DNA of 64,000 bases, from the NCBI GenBank assembly GCA_964270895.1, contig OZ185440.1; one strand, 5' to 3'. Every line of letters begins with the position of its first letter. Within the stretch, counting starts at the first letter, position 1. Positions 1 through 11,705 of this stretch are shown here, piece by piece. The notes below the pieces were generated by a model, which saw only the letters and a list, made by a program, of their open reading frames with translations, had not been told where the DNA came from and did no database searches. Position numbers and translations under genes: made by a program. The stretch is from Podarcis filfolensis. Taxonomy: Eukaryota.

Positions 1-237
1 GAGGAGGAGTTTGGATTTGATATCCCGCTTTATCACTACCCGAAGGAGTCTCAAAGCGGCTAACATTCTCCTTTCCTTTCCTCCCCCACAACAAACACAA
101 ACACTCTGTGAGGTGAGTGGGGCTGAGAAGTGTGACTAGCCCAAGGTCACCCAGCAGCTGCATGTGGAGGAGCAGAGACGTGAACCCGGTTCACCAGATT
201 ACGAGCCTACCGCTCTTAACCACTACACCACACTGGA
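1..237 (-). mobile_element. tRNA-head squamate SINE (MIR/L2-tailed, Squam3-like), tail at window edge
   Basis: Reverse complement starts CCAGTGTGGTGTAGTGGTTAAGAGCGG (A box), has a B-box-like GGGTTCAC, a core-like GGGTGACCTTGGGCTAGTCAC, and ends in a (CTC)n tail. The subfamily name is from recall. Confidence 0.75.
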
Positions 238-262
238 GTGCCTTGGAAAGGCATCAAAGTCT

Positions 263-1450
263 ATGCCAAGTTGTATTTCTGCCCGTGCCCTCAGTTACTC
301 TTATTTGCTCCTCTTGTTACAGGCAATGCCTTTATCTGTTTCCTCAGACATTCCAATACCACAATCGCTACCATTTCTGATGCCCATAACATAGATTTAT
401 ATCTAGGAACTGCAGGGGTTTCTGCTGGCATATTCCCCATGGATGATACATGCATTCTGGATGAGTTAGATTCCTCAGTGTTTTAAATCAATACAGGTGG
501 CTTGAAAATGACTATATAGTGAGTCTCAATACCCTGGTTGTCGGTTAATGGCAGTAAACATATTGTTATGGGTTGTCAGGCAGATCCCCCTAAACTCTTA
601 AATTAGTAAATATTATCATTTAGCTCATATTTGGAGTATTAAGGGAAGATAGAAAGAGCAGTGTAAAAATACAGGCTATGCCGCTTATCCTGTTCAGGAC
701 ATCAATACACTGCATATGTGCCTTAATTTTCCAAATGGAACACAAACCTTGGTTAAGTGCCAAGACCCCTGGAATCTCATGCACTGCTCAAAGGAGGTTT
801 GGATGGCTGATAAGGACACATCAGTACCTTTAAATGTGGAGAGTTTTGAACATCCATGGAGGTCACAGGAATTACAGTAACGGTGAATATGGACCACTAT
901 CATTAGGTCTGGCCTAGCAAGTGTTTGGAGGCACACTTAATTCCATCCCTTTTCAATGACTCTGTGCTCAAGTTGTTCAAAGGAACTAACTTCCAAGGTA
1001 GCTGTGATTCTCAAAGCCTACAGCTAGATATAAGTAGGTGTTTAAGTAGTTTGTCAAAAGGAATGGACTGAAGCTTGTGCTTTATCACTAACACTTAGCT
1101 TTTGTATAGCACCTTTGACCCTGAATACATACAATATTACTGTTATATCCAATGACATAATCAGTGTCATTGTTCCCAGAAGAGGAACTTGCTGGAGTCA
1201 TATAGCAAAGACAGAAAGAGTTATCTGTGTGTCTTTGTAACTTCTTGGCAAGTTCTCTGCCCTGTGGAAAAAACAGCTTTCACGAACCTAACTAAAGAAA
1301 CATTTGAGTTTCTAATTTATTTCACAAAGATATATAATGGCCTTGTAATGTTTCTGGTAGGTTCAAGGTGTGTACATCCAAGGATCTCAAAGTTGCTGGG
1401 TTTGACCAATGCCCATCTCTACACATATGTATTTCAGAGAACGTAGGACA
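263..1450 (+). pseudogene. Decayed retroviral env-like remnant (resembles fusion-protein-type Env of lokiretrovirus/foamy-sister ERVs)
   Basis: Frame +2 from ATG 263 gives a signal-peptide-like YLLLLLQAMPLSVSS, then IYI*ELQGFLLAYSPWMIHAFWMS*IP and later GYAAYPVQDINTL. Frame +1 (about 930-1265) gives HLIP, LCFITNT*LLYS, *HNQCH..ESYSKDRKSYL and C-x8-LCP. The motif order and spacing match my recollection of this Env class. There are many stops and frameshifts, and the stop count alone is not significant. Confidence 0.5.
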
Positions 1451-2917
1451 TTTTGAAATAAAAATAAATTGCTGTGCACTAGCTAGGCTCCAGCATAATT
1501 AAGAGTAAACTTAGACTATATTTGTATATAGATAAATATATAAATCTATATAGACGTTACTTGAATCATTAGTGGTCTATATACACGTGTGGTCACTCAT
1601 AAATGTGACTGTGCGAATTGACTGCAGGTACATTCAATAAATAGATGGGGTAGATAACAATTCTTTCCATTAATCAGAGATGCAGAATCAATCCAGCCCA
1701 CAATTTTGTATACTGCATACCTAAATATGCACAGGATTTCATTCAATTTCAATATAGTGCCTATTGCTTACAATGATAATTATGACAAGATTTGGTCACT
1801 GCAGTATTTTCTATGGCCAGACAAAATAATATAAAACATTTTCAGCCACCCTCTGAAAAATTCATAAATTCACTGACCACCCAGGCATTCAGCTTTGAAA
1901 TTCAGAGAACACATCAGATGGTTATAGCAATAAGCTATAAGTAGAAGGTAAGAGATACTGAGTAGATGTTTGGTTTTCTTTGTTTCTATCTCCTGAGGGA
2001 CTGTATCCTTGCGAGCAACAAAGCCATGAACGTTTAGATGCTGGTCTAACCTCATCCCAAAACATATTATCTACTGACCCTGTAGAAATAAAGTGCTTCT
2101 TATAGCCATATCAGCCTCAGTGCAAAAACCCACCATATAACTGTATTATGATTTTTTAAAAGTATCCTTTCTACTTTAGGTAATATTGGAATGCAGTAAC
2201 TGTACAACCTGAAATTAACCTGATACTTATATTTTTGTAATACCTTTAAATGCCAGTCAGAAATAACACAATTATTGGATTTATTCCTATTTCACAGTTT
2301 AAGATTCTAGGATTAGTAGTGCAAGTGTACATAGCAGAGTGGTTTAGGTTGGGAAAGATGTTCATGTTTATAATTTAGCACAGTTTCTTCTTGGGAAGCT
2401 GTACAACAAGGTGTTTGACTCATTCTCCCTTCCTTGGCTTCATTCCTGCAATTTGTGCATGTCCTGCACCCGTCCAGCTGCTCACAAAAACTTGTCATTT
2501 ACCTTAAACGGGTGCAATGAAAGTTGTCTTGGCAGCATCACCTCTGTCAAAAGATCAAAACAAAGCACAACTTTGAAGACAGCTTCATCACACACACAGT
2601 TTTGTTTCCTACCCTACCATTAAACATTTGGGAGACATTCTGGCTCCGAGCAAGACTAATATTTATCCAGACAGACAATATATTATCTATCTTGAAAGAT
2701 ACCCTGAAGCAAAGTTGCAGGCAATTAGTGTTAATGGTAAAAATCTTGACACACACACCGACTACTGTAACTTCCCACTCACCTATATTGACTGTTGATG
2801 CTCATTCATTTTTAAACATCTTTCTCAAAGTTGAAAAACTGCAAATATTATTATGTTTCTTTCGGATGCACATGATTCCAATCAAAAATGAGTCATTTGC
2901 ATCCATACATTGCAGTA

Positions 2918-3132
2918 CAGTGGTACCTCGGGTTAAGAACTTAATTCATTCTGGAGGTCCGTTCTTAACCTGAAACTGTTCTTAACCTGAGGTGCCATTT
3001 TAGCTAACGGGGCCTCCCACTGCCGCTGCACGATTTCTGTTCTCATCCTGAAGCAAAGTTCTTAACCTGAGGTACTATTTCTGGGATAGTGAAGTCTGTA
3101 ACCTGAAGTGTCTGTAACCTGAGGTTACACTG
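2918..3132. mobile_element. Tc1/mariner non-autonomous MITE, copy 1
   Basis: TA at 2916-2917 and 3133-3134 flank TIRs CAGTGGTACCTCGGGTTA / TAACCTGAGGTTACACTG. Near-identical to copies at 16373, 31389 and 45566. Confidence 0.9.
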
Positions 3133-6100
3133 TATTGATACTTGGAAAATATAAACTAGCAGGTTAAACAACTCTGAGCCATATGATTTAGAGTCAACAC
3201 TGAAGTCTGCCAATGTAATTTTAGAGACAAGGATGAGGGCAAAAACAATGTCACTGCTTGATTAGTTCTGATACAGCCTTGTCTGAATGTACACGTATGT
3301 GGAAACTGGGGATAGTGCACTCTGTTTACATTATTACCTTCCATAGGGATGAACATATTAAATAAGTTTTGTTGGAAATGCCTTCCTTAGAGGGGAAGAA
3401 CTTATCTTGAAAATGGTAGTGAGCAGTTCATCTGGAAAACATCAAGGGCTATATAGTTATGTATATGGGGGGGGCAGGACTTATTAAGCATGATGGGAGA
3501 TGGTTTGGTAGTTCCAAGTAAATGTGTATGTTTGTCCTAGTGCAAGCTTTGGAGAAAAAAATCCCAGTTATGCAGTTTTCATCATGGTTCAATCTAAACT
3601 GCAGAAATTTCAGCTCTGGTGGATGCCTATTGGCTAGCACCCCCAGATTTGTACAAGGTGGCATAGATAGTTCAACATCTTAAAGCGGCGGGGGGGGGGG
3701 GTTGGGTAAGGTAATCTTGACACTTATTTTATGGAGATGAGACTTGCACACTTTTTGTGGCTAAAATGTGGTTAGAATGCATTTTGAATGCTCTTTGAGA
3801 AGACAATGAATCTAAAATATATTGATCCTACATCAGAAATAGGCTTCCGCTGAGTTCAGTGGGACTTGGTCCAAAGTAACAATGTATAAGGTGGTGGTAT
3901 CCAGAGAGCACTCTTTGTTGCGATGGCCAAATTGTACCAGGGTAGCTTCCATTGTTAGATGAGTTAGGCTGCTTTCCTAGCCTTGTTTTTGTGTATAGTT
4001 GAACTAGCCAAACTCTTGTATGAGTGTCTTCATTCAGCTCCATGGCAATGAGAAGGAGAAAAGGACTCCTGTGAACTTTTAAAACTGATTCTGTGAGGAG
4101 ATGAATCCTCATTGTGGCTTCATGCCCATTATTTTACTGCTCTTTAGAATTACAAGTTTGGAACATTTCAGCCATCTCCTACAGCAACATCATTCCCTAG
4201 AACTTGACAAAGATTGATTAAAACCTATTTAGTTTCTATTTTCTTTCTTTACAAAAAGGGGGGGGACCCCTTCCCTGGAATGACATCATATTTAGCTCAT
4301 AGTTGGTCATCTTTACTGGACACAAATTTTACATTCCCATTATGGGCTAAGAAAATAGAACAATTGCTGTGTGCTTGTTGGCAATCAGCCAGACTTGTAA
4401 GTCCTCCTAAAAAGAGCTCAAGTCACCAGCATGTACAGCTTTGCTACTATGGTGCAAATCTGGTCTCTTGGCAGAGATGAGGAGCTTGGAAAGGTTAAGA
4501 GAGTTTATCATAAGATAAACTTGCATGCCATCCACAGTCAGCTCATCAGATACTTCCAGGGCTAGATTTATTCTGTATTAATCTCCTGTGCCCCATAGAA
4601 TAAAGATATGTGACGTGACATCCATCAAATTATGCCCTCATGATAAAAAAGCAGTAATGGTCTCAGAAGTCGGCCCACTAGGCTGTCTTGGGTGAACCAT
4701 GCCCACTTCTCCTGTGCCCAATGACAGAAAAAGATGTTATATTCAAAAAGGGCAGAATTCAAGCCAAGGCTACAAAGAAAGCATCAGCGGTGCATTCCTG
4801 AGTCTTCCTTTGCAGCCATTGCTTAAATTTTTAAAGTATCTGATTCAATTTGGGATCACAAATGAAGGAACCATCTTCCTTTGCAGTTTCAGTCAGCTAA
4901 TGCCAGGTGACTGACAGGTAGGCATCCCTTCTCATCTGCCCAAGTGGCCCATGGAGGATTGGCCGCTACGCATCTGATTCTTTAGCCAGATCTAGTTCCT
5001 CAATCCTAATATAAATACACTGGAACACCATGCATTAGAATGATAGTTCCAGCTCAGGAAATTTTACACTGTCAAGGGTCAGGCGGCCTGCAGCAGTAGT
5101 AATGGTGGTAGTATTTGTTCATTCATTATTATTAATTAGGTCTCGTATCCTACACTTAATTATAAGGCCCCAAGCTGGGTTACAACAATGGAAAAATACA
5201 ATATTAAAATCAGTTAAAACAAGTATATTTATATAGTTAAAAGGCTCCCTTCTCCCTCATGCCTTCTTTGGTTTTATTCAATAATTGAAATGGGCTCAAC
5301 AATTAATGGGGTGGCCATGTGTCCTACTTTACATAGGACAATCTTCTGTTTGAGGACATCCTCTCTTGGGAGGACTATCTAGTCCAAGTTAAGTTTAAAA
5401 CCATAGGGAGGAGGAGCTGCAGGGTCTTCAACTTGCCCCTCAGGTGTGAGGACCTGAGACAGCAGACTGAGCAGGCACATAAGGTCACCTGGTCACTGTT
5501 TTTCCCATTGTGCTGTGCTGCATTGCATCTCTAAATAGCTGTACTTACCACATCTATATTTTGTTTGTTTGTTATGAATTTCTTCTTCTTTTTCAATGTG
5601 CAAGTGGCAACGCTTCAATAGAAAGGGGGGGCATCTACTAGATTTTATATGAAAGTGTATGACAGAATGTTCATTAAGATAATCCAATATAAGCACATTA
5701 GTGCTTTGTTTCTAAATGAACTTTCAAATTAATTTTGATTATATCCGGAGGATTTTGCAGGCAGCTTTCTTACACAATAGATGAAAAAAACCCAGTAAAG
5801 TGGTATCTTAAGAAGCTAACAGAATCTTTTAAGTCATGATACCCACCGTCTCTAAGGCTCAGGGTAATTCCAAATAGGACACCGTGTAGAATTGCCATTT
5901 TGCCCAGCTTGGTTTCTGGATCCTCAGTTACATTCCTGTCTGCACAGAGCGAGGTTTCCCCCCGCCCCAAGCCTGCAAAGTCTCTAGGGGAGAAAAACAA
6001 GGAGAGAGAAATAAATGTAATAAAGCAGATTAACGTCTTCCACATTCTCCTCTTCCCACTGCCGGCACTGATGAGAGAGGCTATCATTCACATAATGGGT

Positions 6101-6324
6101 TCATCTCTTCCTGCCAGTATTCCTTCCTGAGCTAATCCATCAAGCTCCATGGAAGAGCCGAAAGGAGAGGGGCAGCATCTCTGTGGGGGCCATGGAGCTA
6201 GGTTCTCCCCACTCAGCCTCCACCAGAAAGACCATTCCTTTGGTTTGCTCCAACCTCTCCGTTGACACCTCCACAAATCTGTGGTGATGTTAAAAATAGT
6301 TATGACGATGCAGAGATGCTAGTG

Positions 6325-6454
6325 CAGGAGTGGGCAACCCTTCTCCTGTTGAGGGCCACATTCTGTCAGGGGCACATGATTATTGTGGGTAGGGCCAGAA
6401 CAGGCCAGACCAAAAAAATGAGTGGGGTCACTCCTTTTCTCTCTCTTTTTTCTG

Positions 6455-6486
<32 letters not shown>

Positions 6487-6671
6487 TTCTGACATCCTCT
6501 CTTTCTGTCCTGTCTCCCTGCACAGCAGGCTGTTGGTGGAGGGAAAGCTTTCTCTTCCCAGAGGTCTAAACTAATAGCTTGCAGAGGGCTTTTTGGAAAT
6601 TGACTTAAGGGCTCTAGAAAATTTGGCTGGAGGCCACATGCAGCCCTGTGCTGGTGGATGCTGCACCCTTC
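6325..6671. mobile_element. Degenerate hAT-type MITE containing a (CT)n tract, within the putative 3' UTR
   Basis: Begins CAGGAGTGGGCAAC and ends GGCCACATGCAGCCC...GCTGCACCCTTC, typical hAT-Charlie MITE termini. No intact TSD. Confidence 0.45.
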
Positions 6672-6798
6672 AGTTCCCCCCCAGAACAGAGCCATGAGAG
6701 TGGGCAGCAGGTAGCCTACAAGGGTAACAGCATCATACCACAGTTGCTGTGCTCCTCCAACTCAACAGAGAGAAGTAAGATGATGCACAAAGGAAAGG

Positions 6799-6900
6799 TC
6801 ACACCGCTGTCTCTTGCTCAGCGCTGGGCTCTTCCTTCTTCCTCTTCATCTTGCAGAAGCCATGGAGCCCACAGAAGCAAGCAAAGGTGAACTGGGGCAT
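6799..6900 (-). CDS. BLACAT1: 33-aa micropeptide MPQFTFACFCGLHGFCKMKRKKEEPSAEQETAV (BLACAT1 small ORF orthologue)
   Basis: ATG at 6900-6898 and TGA at 6801-6799, 3 nt after a strong acceptor. Matches my recollection of the human BLACAT1 33-aa ORF (MPQFTFACFCGLHGFCKMKRKKEEVHRERETAV) in length, the first 24 residues and the last 4. It lies downstream of mir-135b on the same strand, as in human. Confidence 0.88.
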   Translation of the reverse strand: MPQFTFACFCGLHGFCKMKRKKEEPSAEQETAV

Positions 6901-7131
6901 CCCCTGGGACAGGCAAAGGACAGGAGCATCCAAGGAAATCTATGCAAAGTAAGGTGAGAGAAGAGAAAAGCTTGGGTTTCTTTCCCCGCTTTCCAGCAGA
7001 ACATCTCTTACTTTCACTTTAGAGCAGCGTTCCAAATGCTCAGTGCATTAGAGAACAGCGGGTTTTCCACCTACAATGAATCTCGGCTCCCCCACCTAAA
7101 ACCTCTACATACTGGGGGGGGACCAGGGACC

Positions 7132-7309
7132 GGGGACCAAGCTCAGTGGTGAGGCATATGCTTTGCAAGCAAAAGGTCCAAGGGTTCAATCCTTAGCATC
7201 TCCAGTTAAACATCTTTCCCTGAGACCCTGCAAACCATCAGAGAATATTGTCCTGCACCAGATGGGCAAGGCCTCACCTGGTTGGTAGAAGGCAGCACCC
7301 TACGTTCCT
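7132..7309 (+). mobile_element. tRNA-head squamate SINE (Squam2-like)
   Basis: GGGGACCAAGCTCAGTGG...GGGTTCAATCC head and AAGGCAGC...GTTCCT tail. Related copies at 13290, 31215 and 40332. Confidence 0.7.
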
Positions 7310-7349
7310 TGAACATGGATAGCTGCTGCCATCCACAATCAGATTCAAT

Positions 7350-7743
7350 CAGTGGTGGGCCTACATTTGGTGGGCCCTGAAGTTTAAACTGTTATGGGGG
7401 AGCCCTTCGCAACCAGCAATGAGGTCTGGCTAACCACTGCTATCTTCTTAATTGGGTTATTCTACAACACATCACCACGTTTTTTAAAAAAATTAACTAC
7501 TACATCTCAGTTTTTCATTAAAATTGCTGTACTGGATTATCTCATGTCAAAGTCACTGGTGTGAACAAAAATGTCCTATGTCTTATAGTTTGAGTTACTG
7601 AAGGGAGGGGATGAAAATTAGGGAAATGTTACATATATGCATGATGCACTTTTTAAAGCAAATTTTAAAGCCATGTGGACTAAGGTCGCTTCTGGGGCTT
7701 CTCTGGGATTAGCTTCATTAGTTTCATAGTAGATCAACCCCTG
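7350..7743. mobile_element. hAT MITE, 394 bp
   Basis: Imperfect 15-bp TIRs (CAGTGGTGGGCCTAC / GTAGATCAACCCCTG) and a perfect 8-bp TSD GATTCAAT (7342-7349, 7744-7751). Confidence 0.85.
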
Positions 7744-10700
7744 GATTCAATCTACGATTCCTCCCCCCAAATTATAGTTTTGACACTCCCCACTTTTTTG
7801 TTGTTTTGTTCCCAAAAAAGGCCACCAGAAACTCATCTTTGAAAAAGCTGTTTCTGTAAATATTATGTGGAAAGGATTTCTTTTTGCAAACACTTCAATA
7901 TGAAATGCACACTGTGGCTGGGTTTGCCAGCGGCACCCCCCGCCCCCTGCACACCTGAAACCACATATGCCTTTCATGAATATACAGTTTAGGTATGGGT
8001 CGCCTCGCATCTCTCACATTAGAAATTAAGCACTGGGTGGCTGCCCCTCATCTCCATCATTCCGCCTCATTGTTTCTGACTATGGTCCAGTGACTCACAT
8101 ATTATCTTTGTGGTATGGTTGTTGCTGCAAAGCCACTCACCCACTTCTGGCTTCCATTTGGCATCAGTAATGTATGGATGTTCTAATCGTTCACCTTTCC
8201 TACACCAGCGTGGCTAGCTGAGGCGGCAGAGTACAGCTTCACCACTGTAGGTTTGATCCCCACATTGGGCATTTAGAATTGCTATCATGAATTTGGTATG
8301 TATTGACTCATTCATCCCTTCATTCACACGTTTTATATCCCAGCCTTTCTCGCAAACTATCTCAAGGCAGGTCACACTCAAATAAAAGATGCAATGAAAC
8401 CAGTCAATAAAACAATAACATCACCTCAAAAGATAGGTGGAGCAATGAGTGTAAAGGTTACCTTTGTAAAGGAGGCTAAATTCGACATACACGTACATCC
8501 CCCTGGGCTATTTTTCAGCCAGAACTTGGTGGAACTCAGTCCTGGCATCTCTCAGGTGGGTCTCATTGCCATTATAAGAGAACAAGGGAGGCTGTTCATA
8601 GTCAGTTTTGACACCTCTTTTCCTAGAAAAATAACACAGCATTCCCCCCTCCCAACTCTCAGTCCTCCATCCAGGCAAGCAAAAGGCGTGATCATGAATC
8701 AACGTTAAGCAATGGCTTGGAGGCCAACTTAACCATGAAGAATATGAACTAAGCGACAGCTTTTGAGGTTGGCCTTATTGCAGAGCAATGTGAAGCAATG
8801 TGGGCACCAGTCATTTCCCTCACTCCATCTCTGCGATGTTGTTTTTAAAATGAGGTTTCATCTTAAGATGAAAAGATGTCTAGGGCCTGAACTTCTCGTA
8901 GGGAACATAGAGACTCCAGCAAAGCCCTAACAATTATTTTCTTTGCACAAAGCTTGTGAAGTAAAATCAAACATACGGAGTCCAAATGACTTTTTTCTTC
9001 TCCCCGCCAGCGCCCCCACCACCATTCGCACTCCTGCCCCCACCGAATCACAGCATTCCAATCTGCGAATTACCTCAGCCAGATGAAAAAAGAAAAGGCG
9101 AAAGCCAAAATCCCCGGTTTGCCATGGTTGCTCTTCAATAGCTCGGCTAGCACTCAGGGCATGATTAAGCCCTCCAAGGTTACAGGGAATATTTGACTGA
9201 CCTTCTAACTTCAAACACAGCCGCTAGGCATTCATTAAATAACCCTTCAGCACCTCAGAACAGTCAGTTCCACATGGCAATAAAAATTGCATCCCTCCCA
9301 TCCTGTAACCTGGGAACCAGAGGAGGCTCGCTTTATCCTTTCTGTTTCAGCCTGACCTTGTCTTTGCAGTGACAGGCCCTGCCTTCAGCACAAAGCAGTC
9401 CCTGTGCAGATAAGCAAGACAAATGCACACCTCCCATTGAACTCACTTATTCAGCTGCACGCTCACCACCCCCACCCCCAGTTTCATTTGACAGGTTTTG
9501 GTATACCTGTCTGCCAGACACCTAGTTTAAATAAGGCCCCTGATGCTTCCTCTGAGACTCACAAAGCAATGACTAGGGACTCCTTAATGAGTCTTCCTGT
9601 CTGCAAGGTTTGTGAGCAGACCGCCAGCTCTGTGCCTCTCTCAGCTGCTTATATTGCATTCGTGCAAAAGAGTTTTCTGAGGTAATGGCCAGGAGAGAGC
9701 CAGTTCTACCAAACGAAGCTGTTGCAAGGCTAGTTATGCAGCCACAAAAGTGAACTCATTCTTTGCTTTCAGCCTGCAATTTTGCTGTCAATCCTCTCTA
9801 GGTAAATGGCATTGTCAGAAAGTGTTAGAATAGCTTAGTCGACACCAGATTCCATTAAAGGAAGGCAAAGAAAATAGGAAAAAGGAAACCCACTTTCTAT
9901 GGACATCCTTAAATTTTCAGCTTCTGTGTTTATATTCCCTCCCCTCTGGTTTTCATGTTAAAAACAAAAACACTTCCTAAAACCAAAGTAGAGGAATAAA
10001 ATGAATGCCAAACATCACACATCACCAGAGAAATCACAGTTTTTAAGCCATTTTATTTTCTTAAGTTTTTTTATTGCATACTTTGAATACATAGCATAAG
10101 GAAAAGTGTATTTAAATACCATGTGTACACTCAGGAAGAAAGTGTGTCACATACTGTTTTTTATTGTGTTGTGTTCTGAAATGGTTTCAAAACTTCTTTT
10201 ACTATAAATGTCTGCAAAGCATAACGCTGTTTAAAAGAGGGCATAAGATCTTAATTTTTTAAAAGAAAAGTAAAAATACTCGAAAATGTCATGTTTGCAC
10301 CTGCAACATCAGGCACTCTCCATCTGGTCTTCATCTCCTTATTTGACAGTCTGAAGGGCTGTGGTGGATTTCAAGTTGTCCGTGGCCTACAATACGCACC
10401 TGCTGTTAATAAATATATAATTTAAAGTACATGTGTATCAAGTGTCATAAGAGAGCACAACTCATCAGAACTAAATGATGCAAACAAATTGCTTCCACTG
10501 GGCTCAATGCTAACGTGTCCTGCTAAATAATTTTGGAAGCTTTGGTTTCCAAAGTTAATATATTTTTCAACTAAGTATTCAGGATAGATGCCCTGCTGCT
10601 TTTGGATTTGAAAGAGGAAAAGTATTTTTATTTTATGTGTTTGCTTTCCCCAGCTTAATGTGGCTTTCCACTTTTACCTGAGCACCTAAAACTATTTTCT

Positions 10701-10771
10701 TCATAGGCTCATTAAATAGTGCTAGTAGAACACTGTAATCTGGTGTGAGAGAGTAGGTTGGATGAAGAGAC

Positions 10772-10817
10772 TTTTTTATTATTTTATTTTATTTTATTTT
10801 ATTTATTTTATTTTATT
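10772..10817. repeat. (TTTTA)n microsatellite / retroposon tail
   Basis: Direct reading of the sequence. Confidence 0.9.
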
Positions 10818-10889
10818 CCCTCCCTCCCTCCAGGGTGTGTTACAGCATTAAAAACAATTTAAAAAACAATTTAAAACAACTTACAGCTC

Positions 10890-10950
10890 CTGTTTTGGAG
10901 CAGGTGGGTGGATTGGATCACCTTCTAGTCCCTTCCAACTCTATGACATA
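10890..10950 (+). mobile_element. CR1 LINE 3' end fragment
   Basis: GGATTGGATCACCTTCTAGTCCCTTCCAACTCTATGA resembles the conserved CR1 3' terminus. Confidence 0.6.
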
Positions 10951-11559
10951 TAGACAATAATTATTTTTTTTAAAAAATACATTGTCATGGTTCTTTTTTT
11001 TTTTTAAAAAAAAGATTAAGATCAAAAGGATTGTGCATAGCCTGATGTGGAAATGTGATGAACTGGACTCAAAATGAGAAAAATGAAAAACTGAACAATA
11101 CAAAATGGACAAATTTGTCACTCTCTACTCAAGGCAACTCACTAAAAAAGTAATCAATAAAAAAATCAAACTATAAATATCATAAGATTAGTAATGTACC
11201 GTACATATGAGAGGTCAAGTTAATTAAATGCACTTAGATGAATTGCCTTCATTGCCACTCATTGAGGCCAATGGATTGCTCAGGTGAACCTTTGTAAGTA
11301 AGCTGCTCCTCAACCTGAGCACCACACCTGATGGACCTCTCTTTTGTGTCCATCTGCTACGCTACAGTGCAATGGAATTCTTGGGAAAGTTCTCACAAGA
11401 AGTGGCAAATCTGAAGATACCCTGGCATCAGGTGATTTAAGGCTTTAAAGTTCCTAGGCTGTACCTTGAATTAGTAAGAAGTATAGTTGATACACAATCA
11501 TATATATATGTGTGTGTGTGTGTCAGTCGTTTATCTTGCCCAAGGCAACCCAAAGCCAT

Positions 11560-11705
11560 AAGGAAACATCCCACCCAAGTTATATGCACCAATCTCCCAA
11601 TCCCTGCTAACATCCTAGAGGCAACTTTCTGGACCAATTGAAGTTTTGGAAATGTCTTCAAGATTGGCCCCATGTAGAGCTCCTTACAGTAGTCCAACAT
11701 CATGT
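11560..11705 (-). mobile_element. L2-clade LINE ORF2 fragment
   Basis: Minus translation LDYCKELYMGPILKTFPKLQLVQKVASRMLAGIGRLVHIT resembles the L2 motif RLDYCN..Y.G.P......LQLVQNAAAR.L.G.....HIT. Confidence 0.75.

Larger units (their letters stand above)
4567..6903 (-). other. BLACAT1: Putative terminal exon (short leader, micropeptide CDS, long 3' UTR) of the BLACAT1-like mir-135b host transcript
   Basis: Strong acceptor TCCTGTCCTTTGCCTGTCCCAG|GGG-ATG at 6904/6903. The 3' end is uncertain: minus-strand AATAAA occurs at 5273-5278 and 4567-4572. Confidence 0.45.

Noticed and set aside
1995-2130. Possible PPT/LTR start (GAGGGAC|TGT at 2002, AATAAA at 2087)
   Set aside because: The spacing is too short for a full LTR and there is no second LTR to compare.
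2505-2973. Open frames downstream of the env-like region (e.g. GDILAPSKTNIYPDRQYIIYLERY...)
   Set aside because: Protein-like by eye but I recognise no motif; the track ORF extends into a MITE.
6855-6865. ATGGCTT (miR-135 seed-identical) inside the micropeptide CDS
   Set aside because: It is the same sense as the miRNA rather than a target site, and is explained by the His-Gly-Phe codons.
9370-9681. Plus-strand 312-nt open, phase-symmetric exon candidate
   Set aside because: It is antisense to the demonstrated gene direction and the peptide resembles nothing I recognise; likely chance.
10290-10410. LSNKEMK peptide as a possible LEMD1 LEM-domain exon
   Set aside because: It lacks the G..PGPI..STR.LYEKKL motif. 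No LEMD1 or CDK18 coding exon was found in the window.
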